A DNA stretch of 64,000 bases from an uncultured Planctomycetaceae bacterium (GCA_963813715.1 CAWFAK010000017.1:1088001-1152000), one strand, 5' to 3'. Shown: positions 1 to 11,941, numbered from the stretch's first letter. Translations and numbers: made by a program. Notes: generated by a model from the letters alone, not told the origin.

Positions 1-403
1 AAGCAGGAGGGAAAAACGGTCGTCATGTGCAGCCACCAGCTGGCTGACGTGCAGGACGTTTGCGACCGGATCGCCATCCTCTACGCGGGTGAACTGAAGG
101 TCTCGGGAAAAGTCGACGAGCTGCTGCAGGAGCAAGAACGAGACGCAAGTGCTCACGACGCGGCTCAGCGACAATGTGATCAAAGAGATCGAACAAGTCG
201 TCGCCCGCAACGGCGGCCAGGTGCACAAAGTCGATCACCCGGCCGTTACCCTCGAAGATCTCTTCTTGCGGATCGTCAAGCAGAGCCAGGAGCGTCCCGG
301 TCAGCGGTTCACCACGGACGCAGCGGCCCCCACGCGGCCGACCGACGGTGCCAAAACCGGGGCTCCGGCCCGTGAACCGGCTGCTGCCGGCGAGCAACAC
401 TGA
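1..403 (+). CDS. ABC transporter ATP-binding protein, C-terminal part (5' truncated by window; frameshift near 140)
   Basis: [23 protein letters not shown] (H-loop region) in frame 1, continuing in ORF 149..403 with the typical ending [10 protein letters not shown]. Confidence 0.85.
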
Positions 404-520
404 TCCCCCCCACGATTGGGGCATCCCGAACCCGATTGAACAAACGGCCGGAGCGCCGGCACCCTCTCAAACTCTTGGATTCTTCGAGCGCTCACCACGC
501 TCGGTCCTTATCGGTGGTGT

Positions 521-2161
521 ATGTCATTTGACCCTCTTCCGTTCGATGTTCTTCAGGGCGTCAGCACCTGGCTCAAGGTGATGATTGCCATCGTGGGGCT
601 CGTGCTTGTCGTGTCGATCGCGGGCTCACTCGGTCTTGGACTGAGCGGTCCGGTTCGCGTGTTCAAGCAGCTCTTTAGCGCCATTCGCGACATTTCCGAA
701 ATCTCCCTGCGGCGCGTCTGGGCGCTCGCCGCGCTGACCGCCCGCGAAGCCATCCGCCGCAAAGCGCTGTTGGTGTTCGGGCTCTTTGCCCTGCTCTTCA
801 TGTTCGGCTCCTGGTTCCTCTCCGGGGGCGGCGAAAAGGCCGACATCCAGATTCAGCGGCACGTCGTCTTCGTCTTTACGGTAATCACCTGGCTCGTGCT
901 TCCCGTTGTGCTGATGCTGGCCTGCTGGGGCATTCCCGAAGACATCAAGGCCCGCTCGATGCATACCGTCGTGACCAAGCCGGTGCGTCGCGTCGAAATT
1001 GTGCTCGGGCGAATGCTGGGCTTCGGCATGATCACGACCCTCGTGGTCGCCGTGATGGCGATTGCCGGCTTCATCTGGATCGATCGCCAGGTTTCGGATG
1101 AGGCCCACGGCCAGCTCGTTTGCAAAGTGCCGATCTACGGCAAGCTGTCCTTCCTCGACCGGCAGGGCAATCCAGCGTCGAGCGGCATCAACGTCGGCGA
1201 CGTCTGGACGTTCCGCTCTTATATCGAGGGGTCGACGAAGGCGGCGGCCATTTGGGACTTCGACCGCTTAAGCGAAGCCTCGGCCATGCCCCTTCCGCCG
1301 GCCAAAGACGGTTCCGAACAGCGCGGATTGCGAGTCCAAACCGGCTTTGAATCCTTCCGGACCCACAAGGGCCTAATCGGCAGCGGCCTGTTGTGCCAGC
1401 TCACGCTGGTCAACCCGACCACGAACCTCCGCGTTCCCCTGCCCGCCTTCGAGGTGGCCGAATATCGGGGAGACGCAAACGTCACCCCGCTGCCCGCCAT
1501 GCTGACCTATTACGACAGCGAAGCCCGCAAGAACAAGACGGCCGACCTGTTCAAGGACATCGTCTCCGACGGCCGACTGAAGATCGAAGCCCGCTGCCTC
1601 AACGGTGAGCAATTTCTCGGCATGGCCCGGCCGGACCTGTTCATTCGCACGGCCGACCGGCCGTTCGCCGTCGGCTACTTCAAGGCAGTCGTCGGCGTGT
1701 GGCTCGAAGCGCTCATCGTGGTGATGATCGGCGTGGCGGCCAGCTGCTTCCTCAAGGGGCCCGTTGCCACCTTGATGACGTTCGCGATGCTGATCGTCGG
1801 CGTGTCGTTCCGCGGCATGGTCGATAAGATCGTCTCGGGCGACCAGCTTGGTGGCGGGCCGACCGAGTCCATTTACCGCATGGTCACGCACTTGAACCAG
1901 ACGGTCGACATGGACCTCAGCAAGACCGTGACCGGCACGATCAAGTGGACCGACTGGCTCGCCCAGCAAGGGATCTGGCTGGTGCAGCAAACGTTTCCGA
2001 ACTTTAGCTACTTCAGCATGTCGGCGTACGTAGCCAAGGGCTTCGATGTCGACTTCCGGGCGGCGATTCTGCCCAGCATCGCCGTAGCGCTCGCTTATCT
2101 CATCCCATGCGTGCTGTTGGGCTACTTTGCCCTGAAGCTGCGGGAGCTGGAATCCAAATGA
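521..2161 (+). CDS. ABC-2 type transporter permease with a large extracytoplasmic loop
   Basis: Several TM segments; IPEDIKARSMHTVVTKPVRRVEIVLGR motif typical of ABC-2 permeases; follows an ABC ATPase. Confidence 0.8.
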   Translation: MSFDPLPFDVLQGVSTWLKVMIAIVGLVLVVSIAGSLGLGLSGPVRVFKQLFSAIRDISEISLRRVWALAALTAREAIRRKALLVFGLFALLFMFGSWFLSGGGEKADIQIQRHVVFVFTVITWLVLPVVLMLACWGIPEDIKARSMHTVVTKPVRRVEIVLGRMLGFGMITTLVVAVMAIAGFIWIDRQVSDEAHGQLVCKVPIYGKLSFLDRQGNPASSGINVGDVWTFRSYIEGSTKAAAIWDFDRLSEASAMPLPPAKDGSEQRGLRVQTGFESFRTHKGLIGSGLLCQLTLVNPTTNLRVPLPAFEVAEYRGDANVTPLPAMLTYYDSEARKNKTADLFKDIVSDGRLKIEARCLNGEQFLGMARPDLFIRTADRPFAVGYFKAVVGVWLEALIVVMIGVAASCFLKGPVATLMTFAMLIVGVSFRGMVDKIVSGDQLGGGPTESIYRMVTHLNQTVDMDLSKTVTGTIKWTDWLAQQGIWLVQQTFPNFSYFSMSAYVAKGFDVDFRAAILPSIAVALAYLIPCVLLGYFALKLRELESK

Positions 2162-3495
2162 ACCGACTGACTTCTCGGCAGCGGAAGCTGGTTTACCTCG
2201 GCGTCATCGTCGTGCTCTTGGTCCCCATCATCATCCTGGGGCGCCCCGCCTCGGGCACGGGTTCGTCGCGCGATCAGGGCGTTTTGGCCCAGCTTCGCAC
2301 CAAGTACGACCTCGGCGAAAACCAGCTCGGCCAGGTCGACCCGACCAGCTCGGCGATGAATCTGGTTCTGCTCGGCTTTCGCGGCATCGCGGCCGACCTG
2401 CTCTGGTCGCAGGCTGACGAAAACGAACAGACGAAAAACTGGGCCGAACTGAAGGCCAACGTCGACGCCATCATCATGTTGCAACCGCACTTTGTGCGGG
2501 TGTGGCAGTTCCAGGGTTGGAACCTCGCCTACAACGTTTCGGCCGCGTGGGACCTGGTGGCCGACCGCTTTTTCTGGGTCAAAGAGGGGGCGAAGTTCCT
2601 CAAGAAGGGACGCGCAATCAACGAAAAGGTCGCCCAGATCCCGTACGAAGAGGGACGCGTGCTGGGAACGAAGATCGGCCGCGCCGATGAATGGAAATAC
2701 TACCGGAAATTCTTCCGCAACGATCCGAATACGGAACTGTATAAGGGCGGCCCGGACAAAGATGTGAATCCGAAGGGGACCGACAACTACCTGGCCGCCA
2801 AGGACGTCTACCTGATCGCCAACGACCTGCAGGCGAAGTATCCGCAGTCGATCTCGATGCTCGACGTGCTCTTCCGCAGCTATCCGTACCGATCGCAATT
2901 GAACGAAGCCGACGCGCTGCAGCGCGAGGGGCATTTCGACGACGCCTCCAAGAACGCATGGGACGAAGGCTATCGCGAGTGGGTCGAAAAGTTCGGCCAG
3001 GAGAAATTCTTCGGGCCGGGGCAGATCGAGTACCACCTCGAAATGCAGCCGCGCGACGTTCAGGAAGCGTCCGCCGCCCAGAACACCGATCCCGACGAAT
3101 TCGAGCACTGGGTGATGCGGATGCAGAATGAGACCCGCTACCCGTATTGGAAGTTCCGGTCGCAGGCGGAGTCGGCCCAGTTGATGGTCGACGCTCACAA
3201 GCTGATTTACGACGGCGAAAAGCTGTTCGTGCAGGGCAAACTGCCGCAGGCCAAAGACATGCTCTTCCGCGGCATGACTCTCTACGAGCAGTTGTTCAAC
3301 AAGTACCCGGTGCTGGCCACGGACGACGAAGCCCTCGAAGAAGCGATCACGGCCGTCTATTATTGGCAGCGAATCCTCAAGCTGGAGTTCAAGCCGGTGC
3401 AAGCCCAGTATCCCCTGGCGGTCACCTACGAGAACCATAAGGGGATGCTTCCCCAGATCGAATCCCGCTTCAAGCGGGAAACGGGCCAGGACTGA
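2158..3495 (+). CDS. Conserved planctomycete membrane-anchored helical protein (family often labelled IRE-like)
   Basis: ATGA overlap with the permease stop; N-terminal TM; LLGFRGIAADLLW and WQFQGWNLAYNVS motifs. Confidence 0.6.
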   Translation: MNRLTSRQRKLVYLGVIVVLLVPIIILGRPASGTGSSRDQGVLAQLRTKYDLGENQLGQVDPTSSAMNLVLLGFRGIAADLLWSQADENEQTKNWAELKANVDAIIMLQPHFVRVWQFQGWNLAYNVSAAWDLVADRFFWVKEGAKFLKKGRAINEKVAQIPYEEGRVLGTKIGRADEWKYYRKFFRNDPNTELYKGGPDKDVNPKGTDNYLAAKDVYLIANDLQAKYPQSISMLDVLFRSYPYRSQLNEADALQREGHFDDASKNAWDEGYREWVEKFGQEKFFGPGQIEYHLEMQPRDVQEASAAQNTDPDEFEHWVMRMQNETRYPYWKFRSQAESAQLMVDAHKLIYDGEKLFVQGKLPQAKDMLFRGMTLYEQLFNKYPVLATDDEALEEAITAVYYWQRILKLEFKPVQAQYPLAVTYENHKGMLPQIESRFKRETGQD

Positions 3496-3497
3496 CT

Positions 3498-3953
3498 TTG
3501 CGAACGGCAATTGCGGAGCGGCAGCCGCCTGGAGGCGGAATTATCACCAGTCAGCCTGAACTCGACCTGTCCGCCGCACGACGCAATGCGGCGATTCGCC
3601 AGGCTTGCCTGTGTGCCAAGATCGCGGACGAATATCGCGGCCGCGATACGGTCGTGCTCGACCTGACCGCCGTCACGCCGATCTTCGACTTCTTCGTGCT
3701 GAGCACGGCCGGCAGCCCGCGACAGATGCGGGCCATTGCCGACGAGGTCCACCGCGTCCTCTCCGCGGAAGGCTCTAAGAGTTTGGGGACCGAGGGAACC
3801 GAGTCGGCCACCTGGTTGCTCCAGGACTACGGCGACATTGTCCTGCACGTCTTCACGCCGGCAGCAAGATCGCTGTATGATCTGGAGCACTTGTGGGCCG
3901 ACGCGGTCCGAGTCGACTGGCAGGGCTATCTCGACAGCTCGAAAACGGCATGA
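3498..3953 (+). CDS. rsfS: Ribosome silencing factor RsfS (Iojap)
   Basis: DFFVLSTAGSPRQMRAIAD, WLLQDYGDIVLHVF and YDLEHLWADA motifs; start uncertain. Confidence 0.92.
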   Translation: MRTAIAERQPPGGGIITSQPELDLSAARRNAAIRQACLCAKIADEYRGRDTVVLDLTAVTPIFDFFVLSTAGSPRQMRAIADEVHRVLSAEGSKSLGTEGTESATWLLQDYGDIVLHVFTPAARSLYDLEHLWADAVRVDWQGYLDSSKTA

Positions 3954-5684
3954 ATTTGCTCGCTCTCTTCCGGCGCCGCTTCGCCGCCGCCTTGTCGCCG
4001 CTTTCTGACGAGGCCCCCGAGCTGGCCAACCTCGTCAAAGCCGTCCAGGACCCGAAATTCGGCGATTACCAGGCCAACTGCGCGATGCCGTTGGCCAAGA
4101 AGCTGGGCGAGCCTCCACGCAAAGTGGCCGAACGCATCCTGGCAAACCTGGACGTGGCCGACTGCTGCGAGCCGCCGCAAATCGCCGGCCCGGGCTTCAT
4201 CAATCTCACGCTGACGACGGCCTGGCTCGAGCGGGCGCTCGGAGAATTGGTAACCGACGAGCGCCTGGGCATGCCGCTCACCGACATGCCCAGGCACGTG
4301 ATCATCGATTTCTCCTCCCCCAACGTCGCCAAGCCCATGCACGTGGGACATCTCCGTAGCACGGTGCTCGGAGCGGCCCTTTATCGCCTGTTCCGCTTCG
4401 CCGGCCACGACGTGCAGAGCGACAACCACATCGGCGACTGGGGCACGCAGTTCGGCATGATCCTCTACGGCTACAAGCATCTCCTCGACCGCGAATCGTT
4501 TGCCCGCGACCCGGTCGGCGAGCTGGCGCGGTTGTATCGCGAGGTCAATCGAATCGGCGAGGAAGACCCGAACGTCGCCCGCGGAGCCCGAGACGAGACG
4601 GCGCGGCTGCATGCTTTCGACAGCGAGAATGTCGCGCTCTGGCGGGAGTTCGTGCAGCTCTGTCAAAAAGCGCTCGATGCGATGTACGAGCGACTGGCAA
4701 TTACGTTCGACATGACGCTGGGAGAAAGCGCCTACCACGACATGCTCCCCGGCGTCGTAGGTTCACTCGAAGAGCGAGGCATTGCCCAGGTGAGCGAAGG
4801 CGCGCTCTGCGTCTTCGTCGAAGAGAATGCAGCCCCGTTCATTGTCCGCAAGAGCGACGGCGCCTTTACCTACGCGACGACCGACCTGGCCACCATTCGC
4901 TACCGGGCTGAAACGCTCAAGGGACAGGAGTTCCTCTACGTTGTCGACGCCCGGCAGGCCGAGCATTTTCGCATGCTCTTCGCCACCGCGCGGCTCTGGG
5001 GCTACGATCAGCTCGATTTGCGTCACGTCAGTTTCGGCACGATTCTGGGCGAAGACAAACGCCCCTTCCGGACCCGCTCGGGAGACACCGTCGGCCTCGA
5101 GAGCCTGCTTAATGAGTCCGTCACGCGGGCGCGCAAGATCGTCGATGACAACGACGACTCCAAAGACACGCCCGAGCTCGACCAGCAGACTCGCGCGGTT
5201 GTCGCCGAGACCGTGGGCATCGGCGGAATCAAGTACGCGGACCTCCGCCACAACCGCGACAGCGATTACGTCTTCTCGTGGGACAAGATGCTGGCCGTCA
5301 CCGGGGACACCGCAACCTACATTCAGTATTCCTACGCGCGGATCTGCGGCATCTTCCGCAAGGGAGGCATCGATCGCCAGGCACTCCGCCGCCACGACGC
5401 CGGCCATCCACCTGCGCTCTCCGGCCGAACGCCGGCTAGCCGTGCTTCTCTTGCGGTTCCCCGAAAGCATCGAGGCGGCGATCGAGGACTGCCGGCCGCA
5501 CTTCGTGACACAATACGTGTTTACGCTGGCCGACGCCTTCACGAAGTTCTACGAAGAGTGCCAGGTGCTGAAGGAGACGGACGAGTCGCTGCGTCAAAGC
5601 CGCCTCGTCCTTTGCGATCTGGTCGCGCGGATGCTCAAAAAGGGGCTCTGGCTTTTGGGCATCGACACGTGCGAGCAGATGTAA
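3950..5684 (+). CDS. argS: Arginine--tRNA ligase (frameshift near 5390, probably a sequencing error)
   Basis: FGDYQAN, AGPGFIN, DFSSPNVAKPMHVGHLRST (HIGH), GDWGTQFG, YIQYSYARI; the anticodon-binding C-terminus (FTKFYEECQVL...LLGIDTCEQM) lies in the next frame. Confidence 0.95.
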
Positions 5685-5738
5685 GCTGAATCGGCGGCCC
5701 GCGCCGTTTGCAGAGGTGCGGCGAAATTGCTCGCGAGC

Positions 5739-6800
5739 TTATTTGCTCGTGTGGTGGACCTGGCGGCCGAAGATCATGCGGCCGGCGCTACTTTGCAGCA
5801 TACTCGTCACGATGATGTCAATGTCCTGATTGAGCAGGTGGCTTGCCTGCTCGCACACAACCATCGTCCCATCGTCGAGGTAGCCGATACCCTGTCCGGC
5901 CGCTTCGCCTTCCTTCAGGATGCGGATACGGAGCCGTTCGCCCGGCAGGTAGCGGGGCTTGAGGGCGTTGGCGACGTCGTTGAGGTTGATGACCTCGACC
6001 CCCTGCACGCCGGCCACCTTGCTGAGGTTGAAATCGTTGGTGACGACGCGGCCGCCGATCCGCTTGGCGACTTCGACCAGCCGCTGATCGACGGACAGGC
6101 CCTGCGGGTCGTCCCCGCTGTTTTCGCGAACGCGCACGTCGGCGTGAGGACTGCTTTGCAGTTTGCTCAGCACCTCGAGTCCCCGCCGTCCGCGAGTCCG
6201 CCGCATGCGATCGGCACTGTCGGCGACTTCCTGGACTTCGCGGAGCACGAACTGCGGCACGACCAACTGCGAGTCGATGATCCGCGTTTCGACGAGGTCG
6301 GCGATCCGGCCGTCGATCAGCGCGCTCGAGTCGATCACCAGCGGGCGGTTGCCCTTCAGATCACGAGAAAACTCGACGTACGGAATCAGGAAGCGAAAAT
6401 CGTCCTTGGTCTGCAGCAGGAATGACGTGCAGGCGTATGGAACCGACAAAAACAGGATCATCTCGATGATCCGAATGTAATACGGATCGACCATCAGACC
6501 GGTCAAAACGGGATCGAGCACGCGCACCAGCAGATAAACCAGGAGCACGCCCACCACCAGGCCGAAGTAGATCGACGAGATGATTTCGATCCGCTTTTTG
6601 ACGACCAAGACGTCAATCAGTGGCACGATCTGACTGACCAGAAACAGCACGCAGAAGGCGACGATCGGGTGCTGATCGACGAACCAGGGAGCCCCGACAC
6701 TGGGCCGCAAGAGAGCGACGATCACCCACACGCAAATCAGGGCGTAGACGAAGCGCACGGCGAAGAGAAGTGGGCTGGGGCGGCGCAAAGTCGGCGTCAT
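5739..6800 (-). CDS. Membrane-anchored PIN/TRAM domain protein (YacL-like)
   Basis: Four N-terminal TMs, IDSSALIDGRI, RGRRGLEVL, VVTNDFNLSKVA, QGIGYLDDGTMVV, SSAGRMIF. Confidence 0.92.
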   Translation of the reverse strand: MTPTLRRPSPLLFAVRFVYALICVWVIVALLRPSVGAPWFVDQHPIVAFCVLFLVSQIVPLIDVLVVKKRIEIISSIYFGLVVGVLLVYLLVRVLDPVLTGLMVDPYYIRIIEMILFLSVPYACTSFLLQTKDDFRFLIPYVEFSRDLKGNRPLVIDSSALIDGRIADLVETRIIDSQLVVPQFVLREVQEVADSADRMRRTRGRRGLEVLSKLQSSPHADVRVRENSGDDPQGLSVDQRLVEVAKRIGGRVVTNDFNLSKVAGVQGVEVINLNDVANALKPRYLPGERLRIRILKEGEAAGQGIGYLDDGTMVVCEQASHLLNQDIDIIVTSMLQSSAGRMIFGRQVHHTSK

Positions 6801-6988
6801 GAAGAGTTCGGATTCCGGCGGGGTTGAGGAGCGTGTGTGGGCTCGAGAGGTCGAGTGCTCGCCATCATAGGAGAGGCGCGGGGGGATTGCTATACGGTAA
6901 TCTACGCACTCTGGGGCGATTTCTCGCCAGCGTGAATCGCCGATAAAGTCGTAACGATCCTGCCGAATTTACCGGCGACGGATGGGGG

Positions 6989-7495
6989 TCATTCGCCTGT
7001 GGCCGAGTCCGATTTCAGCATCGCGTAGAGCGCCTCGAGCGATTGAGAAATCACGCGCACGTCGTCGATCACGGACATGAAGTTTGTGTCGCCGTTCCAG
7101 CGCGGCACCAAGTGCCAATGCAGGTGGCCCGGGAGACCAGCGCCCGCCGCCCGTCCGAGATTGAGACCAATATTGAAGCCGTGGGGCTGCAAGAGGCGGG
7201 CGTAAACGCCGGTGAGCCGCCGCAACTCGTGCTGACATTCCAAGAGTTCGCCGTCGTCGAGTTCATCGAGCGTGCCCTTGTGGGCCAGTGGCGCCACCAG
7301 CACGTGGCCGTTGTTGTAGGGAAAGCGGTTGAGCACGGTGATCGTGTGCTCGCCGCGGCTCACGACAAAGTTCTCCGCGTCGCGGGCTTCCTCGCGATAG
7401 CGGCAGAGAAAGCATCCCTCGGCCGTCGGCTCGCTGTCTTTCGCGCCGGCCACATAGGCCAGGCGCCAGGGTGCCCAGAGACGTTCGTGCGACAC
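6989..7495 (-). CDS. HIT family hydrolase (Ap4A hydrolase / Fhit-like)
   Basis: LWAPWR, CFLC, LNRFPYNNGH, AGAGLPGHLHWHLVPRW; GTG start at 7495. Confidence 0.9.
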   Translation of the reverse strand: MSHERLWAPWRLAYVAGAKDSEPTAEGCFLCRYREEARDAENFVVSRGEHTITVLNRFPYNNGHVLVAPLAHKGTLDELDDGELLECQHELRRLTGVYARLLQPHGFNIGLNLGRAAGAGLPGHLHWHLVPRWNGDTNFMSVIDDVRVISQSLEALYAMLKSDSATGE

Positions 7496-7500
7496 GCGAG

Positions 7501-8503
7501 TTAGCCTTGCTGCTTCGTTCGACGGAACTGCCCAACGGCCGCCCAAGCGTTGCGGAACAGTTCCCCGCTGACGAGTTGCGACGTCCACGTGGGCCGAGCG
7601 GTCGCAAAGTTGGTCCAGACTGCCTGGCGATAGGGGGCCGAGGTCTCCCGCACGAGGGAATAGAATCCCTGCTCGCGAACCGCCCGCAGCCCCGCCGCAT
7701 AATGACCGAGGACCTTGCGATTGAACAGACCGCCGGCCACCTGCACGCCGGTGAGTGTCCCGTTTGCCACTGCACCGACCTTCTGCAGCATGTTCATGGT
7801 CAGCGCGCCGGAGACGCCCAACAGGCTGACGTTCTCGCGCGCGGCGATCGCCCGCATCTCGTTCCACTGCTCGGCCAGTTCCTGCTGCGGCAAGAGCGCG
7901 GTTAGGTCGGCCGTCTTGATTTTCTCGACGCTCGACTTGAGCTCGGCAAGCGACAACGGAGGGGTAGCGATCATTGTGGCCGTCTCGCCTGTGGCCGAAC
8001 GAATCGCGTCGAACGAGATCCTCCACTCGATTAATGGTCGAGTCCGGGCGGATCAGCCCTCGTTGACGCAACTCGGCCGCCAGCTCGTTGAGATAGACCT
8101 TCGAGCCATAGGCCACGTCGCTGACGACGGCAAATACCCAAATGGGAGACAGATGCAGCGTCGCCAGGCCAGCCAGATCGACGAAGTTGCCGACGGCCTT
8201 GCGGGCCAGAAAATTATCGACGTTCGGGGCCTCGCCGGGTCGAGCTTGCTGCTCGACCCCGCCGATGTCCTCGGTCAAAAAGTTGAGCGAGCTGGCGATG
8301 ACCAGCTCATAAACTTTCGAGCTTTGGAAGGCTTGGGGAACCAGCGCATGGGCCGCCTCGCGGGCCGCGCCGGCTGTGACGCCCACCGTGCTGCGGACGA
8401 CGCGCTCGGGCAGGCTGAGTGTGTACAGCAGAAACCGCGACAACCCGGCCTCCGGTTCGCCGGACGGGTTTTCGGCAACGTTTGGCGCGGTGGGAGCCGA
8501 CAT
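7501..8503 (-). CDS. Conserved hypothetical protein (frameshift near 8015)
   Basis: N-terminal half is the start of ORF 6989..8503 and C-terminal half is ORF 7501..7974; both read as ordinary globular protein. Confidence 0.6.
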
Positions 8504-8719
8504 CAGAGTCTCTCTGAGGGGAACTTATCCCCGACGCCAACCGAATTCCCGGGGAATTTGGCTCGGGCACGGCTTCGGCGTCAGGCAATGCGCAGTAGAA
8601 TACCAGACCCCCGCATTTTGGCGAGATCGGCCCTTGCGGCCGGCTGCGCGGGGCATTTAGAGTAGAATTTGCGGGTCGATTCGCTCGCGGAGGGTCCGGA
8701 ATTGACGACCAAGAACTCG

Positions 8720-9237
8720 ATGGCGCTGGCGATGATTGTGCCGGCCGTTCCTGCGGCGCTGCTCGGCTTTTTTCTCGTCACGAGCTTCTTGAGGCAGCTC
8801 GATCCACTGCAGAAGCAGGGGACGATGTACGTCGCACTGTACGGCACCACTTTGGCCGCCTGTGCTGCCGTGCTCTTTTTGCCGCTGGCCGTGCTGATCT
8901 TCGGGCCCCGTTCGGCCAAGGCGCCAGCAGCTCCCAAGGGCGCGGCTGACAAAGGCGGCTCCCAAGAGCGGCACCGTCCCGGCGACCGGCGAGGAAGAAT
9001 CCGTTGGCTGACGAGTCGGCCGAATCGCTGGGCGATAAAGAGTCGGCGGCGGCCACTGCCGGGCACGGCATGTCGACGGGCGAGTTGGAGGTCGTCGAAC
9101 CGACCCCCTCGATGGACAACATCGCCGCCTACGACGATGAAGTCCTGCCCCCCTCCGGCGAAATGCCCGCGTTCGAAGAGGAAGAGTTCGCGTTCGACGA
9201 AGAAGAGCCGGAACCGCCGAAGAAAAAGAAGAAGTAA
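8720..9237 (+). CDS. Small membrane protein, two TMs plus acidic tail ending KKKKK (frameshift near 8960-9000)
   Basis: Hydrophobic helices in ORF 8669..9274; acidic low-complexity tail in ORF 9004..9237. Confidence 0.5.
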
Positions 9238-9324
9238 GCGTCGGAGCGCGGACGGGCCGCCTCACGCAGGCTGAATTCATTCGGTCATTCTCTCGTCCTT
9301 CGGGCTTCGTTATTCGCTCAGCAC

Positions 9325-10182
9325 TCAGCTGCTCGCGCTACGATACGCGCGGAGCGACGAGCGAAAGACGGCCCGCGAAATCACCAGCCCCAGCGCGGCC
9401 GCCGCCAACGCCACCAGCGTGAGCCAGGACGGCGTGAGGACTTTTGCCAAAAGCACGCGGGACGGCACGGTGACGACGAGCAGAATCGGAATCATGAACG
9501 AGAACGTGAACTGCAGCGCGTCGCCCGCCAGCGAGCCGCTATAAATCTCGCGCGGATAGCGGGCAAAGATGATGATGTAGAACCAGAAGTCGTAGAGCCC
9601 GGTGTTGCGGCCGAACCACACGCTCGTTGAGGCCAGCATGAGCATCAGGCTGTAAAAAAACGCGACCCCGACCGCCACAAACAGCACGTACATCGCCACG
9701 CGGACCGGATCGATCGGCCCGCCGATGCGAACCAGGGCGTATCCTAAGAGCCCCAGGGCCAGCAGTGCCTGGTTCAGCATCGCCAGCTCCATCTTCTCGA
9801 ACGAGATCAGGAACTGCGGGTCGATTGGCTTCAACAGCACGAAATCGAGATTCCCGGTCCGAATGAGTTCACTGAAGTTGGCGCAGTTGGGCATGAAGAA
9901 CGTTTCGACTAGCGAGTTGATCAGCATGCCGGTGGCCAGGAACGCGAAATATTCGGGACGCGTCCAATCGTCGATGGCGTTGACCTGGCGATAAATGATC
10001 TCGAACAGCGCCACCTGCGCCACGAAATAGAAGAGCCGCGTGACGATCGTGATCAGCAGGTTGCTGCGAAACGTCATTTCGCGAACGAGCGAATTGCGAA
10101 AGAACGTCGCGAAGACGCGGAAGTAGTTGGCGCCCTTCGCAGGCTGCGGCGCGGCGACGGCCACCGACGGGTCGAGGGCCAT
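9325..10182 (-). CDS. ABC-2 family transporter permease (DUF990-like)
   Basis: [33 protein letters not shown] ending; multiple TMs; starts just downstream of the purM stop. Confidence 0.88.
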   Translation of the reverse strand: MALDPSVAVAAPQPAKGANYFRVFATFFRNSLVREMTFRSNLLITIVTRLFYFVAQVALFEIIYRQVNAIDDWTRPEYFAFLATGMLINSLVETFFMPNCANFSELIRTGNLDFVLLKPIDPQFLISFEKMELAMLNQALLALGLLGYALVRIGGPIDPVRVAMYVLFVAVGVAFFYSLMLMLASTSVWFGRNTGLYDFWFYIIIFARYPREIYSGSLAGDALQFTFSFMIPILLVVTVPSRVLLAKVLTPSWLTLVALAAAALGLVISRAVFRSSLRAYRSASS

Positions 10183-10186
10183 CCCT

Positions 10187-11250
10187 TCAGTCGACGAACT
10201 CGACACCGCTATCCCCCTGCTCGATCCGGCCAATGATCGCGTGTTCGACACCGCTCGCGGCCAAGCGAGCGGTCACCGTGTTCGCCTGCCGTGCGGCGAC
10301 CACCAGCACGAAGCCGATCCCCATGTTGAAGGTCTTCCACATTTCGGCATCGGCGACCGACCCGAGCGACTCGAACCAGGAGAAAACGGCCGGCGGCGTC
10401 CACTTGCGGCGGTCGATCAGCGCCCGACACCCCTCCGGCAGGATCCGCTCGACGTTGTCGACCAGGCCGCCACCGGTGATATGGGCCATTCCGTGCACGG
10501 CCTGCTTGCGGGGCGACGCCGCCAAAACGTCGAGCACCGACCGTACGTAAATCCGGGTCGGCTCCAGCAGGGCCTCGCCGACTGTGCGGTCCAATTCGTC
10601 GATTCGATGATCGGAACTCAGCCCGGCCCGTTCGACAACTTTGCGGACCAGGCTATAGCCGTTGGAATGAAACCCGCTCGAAGTCAGGCCGATGAGTTTG
10701 TCTCCCGGCTGAATCGCCTTGCCGTCAATGAGCCGACTGCGTTCCGCCACGCCGACGCAGAAGCCGGCCATGTCGAAGTCGCCCGGCCCATAGACGCCGG
10801 GCATGATCGGCCGTCTCGCCCCCTAAAAGAGCCATCCGCGCTTCGATACACCCATCGGAGACGCCCTGCACCAGGTCGGCCAGGCGTTTAGGGTCGTCTC
10901 GATCCATGGCGATGTAATCGAGAAAGAAGAGGGGCTCCGCCCCCAGGCAGAGCACGTCGTTAACGCACATCCCGACGAGGTCGATGCCGATCGTCGAGAA
11001 GCGATTCAGAGACGCGGCCACCTTCACCTTGGTGCCGGCTCCGTCGGTGCCCGAGACGAGCACCGGATCCTTGTAGCGCCGCGGCTCGTTTCCCGCAGGC
11101 ATCGTTCAGGCGAAACAGGCCGGCAAAACCGCCGGCCAGCTCGATCACGCGGCCCGTATTCGTGCGCCGCATGAGGTCCGGCAGTTTGCCCATCGCCTCG
11201 GCATAAAGGCCCAAATCGACGCCCGCATCCTTGTAGGTGAGTTGTGCCAT
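10187..11250 (-). CDS. purM: Phosphoribosylformylglycinamidine cyclo-ligase (frameshifts near 11095 and 10810)
   Basis: [65 protein letters not shown] and TFNMGIG spread over three frames. Confidence 0.95.
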
Positions 11251-11314
11251 GGCCGGATCATATCGAAAGAACGATCGCGAGTCTTGCCGCCGTCTGTGCA
11301 AGACGGCGGGCGGG

Positions 11315-11941
11315 TCACTTGGCCGCGAATCCGGCAGCGCGCAGAGCCGCGAGATACTCGGCGGGCGTATTGACGTTAACCAGCGATTGCAGTTCCGGAT
11401 CAACGGCTTGGAGCTCCGTGCCCTCAACGATTCGGACGTCGCACAGCCGCACAAATTCAGTCAATCCGCGACGGCCGGCGGCCAGAAAGTGGTGCACGCG
11501 TTCCGCGCAGGTGGTTCGGTAAACGGCCGCCAACGGATGATCGCGTTCCTGGTCCCGCACGACCGCCACTTCATGCGTCCCCAGCGCATCGATCAACGCT
11601 CGGATCAACGCGGCATTGAGGAGCGGCACGTCGCACGAGGAAACGTACGCGGCATAGGCTGAGTCGCCGAGCGCCGTCAGTCCAGCCGCCAACCCGGCAA
11701 GCGGACCCTGCGCGTCGATCTCGTCGCGAGCGACAAGCGTCACCAGCGGCAACGCGGGCAGCTCCTGACCGGCCGCCGCGACGACGACCACGGGCGATAC
11801 GACCTCGCCGACGATTCGCACGACGCGGCCAAGCATCGTCTCGTCGCCAAACGGCAGCGACAGCTTGGGACGGCCCATCCGCGCGCTCTGTCCTCCGCAG
11901 AGCACGATTCCACCCACGCGCGTCGTGCCGATGCTTTCCAC
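11315..11941 (-). CDS. mobA: Molybdenum cofactor guanylyltransferase
   Basis: [41 protein letters not shown]. Confidence 0.88.
   Translation of the reverse strand: MESIGTTRVGGIVLCGGQSARMGRPKLSLPFGDETMLGRVVRIVGEVVSPVVVVAAAGQELPALPLVTLVARDEIDAQGPLAGLAAGLTALGDSAYAAYVSSCDVPLLNAALIRALIDALGTHEVAVVRDQERDHPLAAVYRTTCAERVHHFLAAGRRGLTEFVRLCDVRIVEGTELQAVDPELQSLVNVNTPAEYLAALRAAGFAAK

Noticed and set aside
2122..3510. Long antisense ORFs (also 14778..15833, 30977..32185, 38156..39316, 54487..55695)
   Set aside because: They mirror well-supported genes on the other strand, as expected from codon bias in GC-rich DNA, and show no recognisable motifs.
6989..8503. 504-aa ORF that looks like a novel fusion to a HIT domain
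   Set aside because: The middle is out-of-frame text. A frameshift near 8015 joins the upstream gene to the HIT frame; the real upstream C-terminus is ORF 7501..7974 and HIT has its own GTG at 7495.
3950..11250. argS and purM as pseudogenes or programmed frameshift genes
   Set aside because: All catalytic motifs are intact, no slippery-site pattern was seen, and similar indels occur throughout the window, so sequencing error is more likely.
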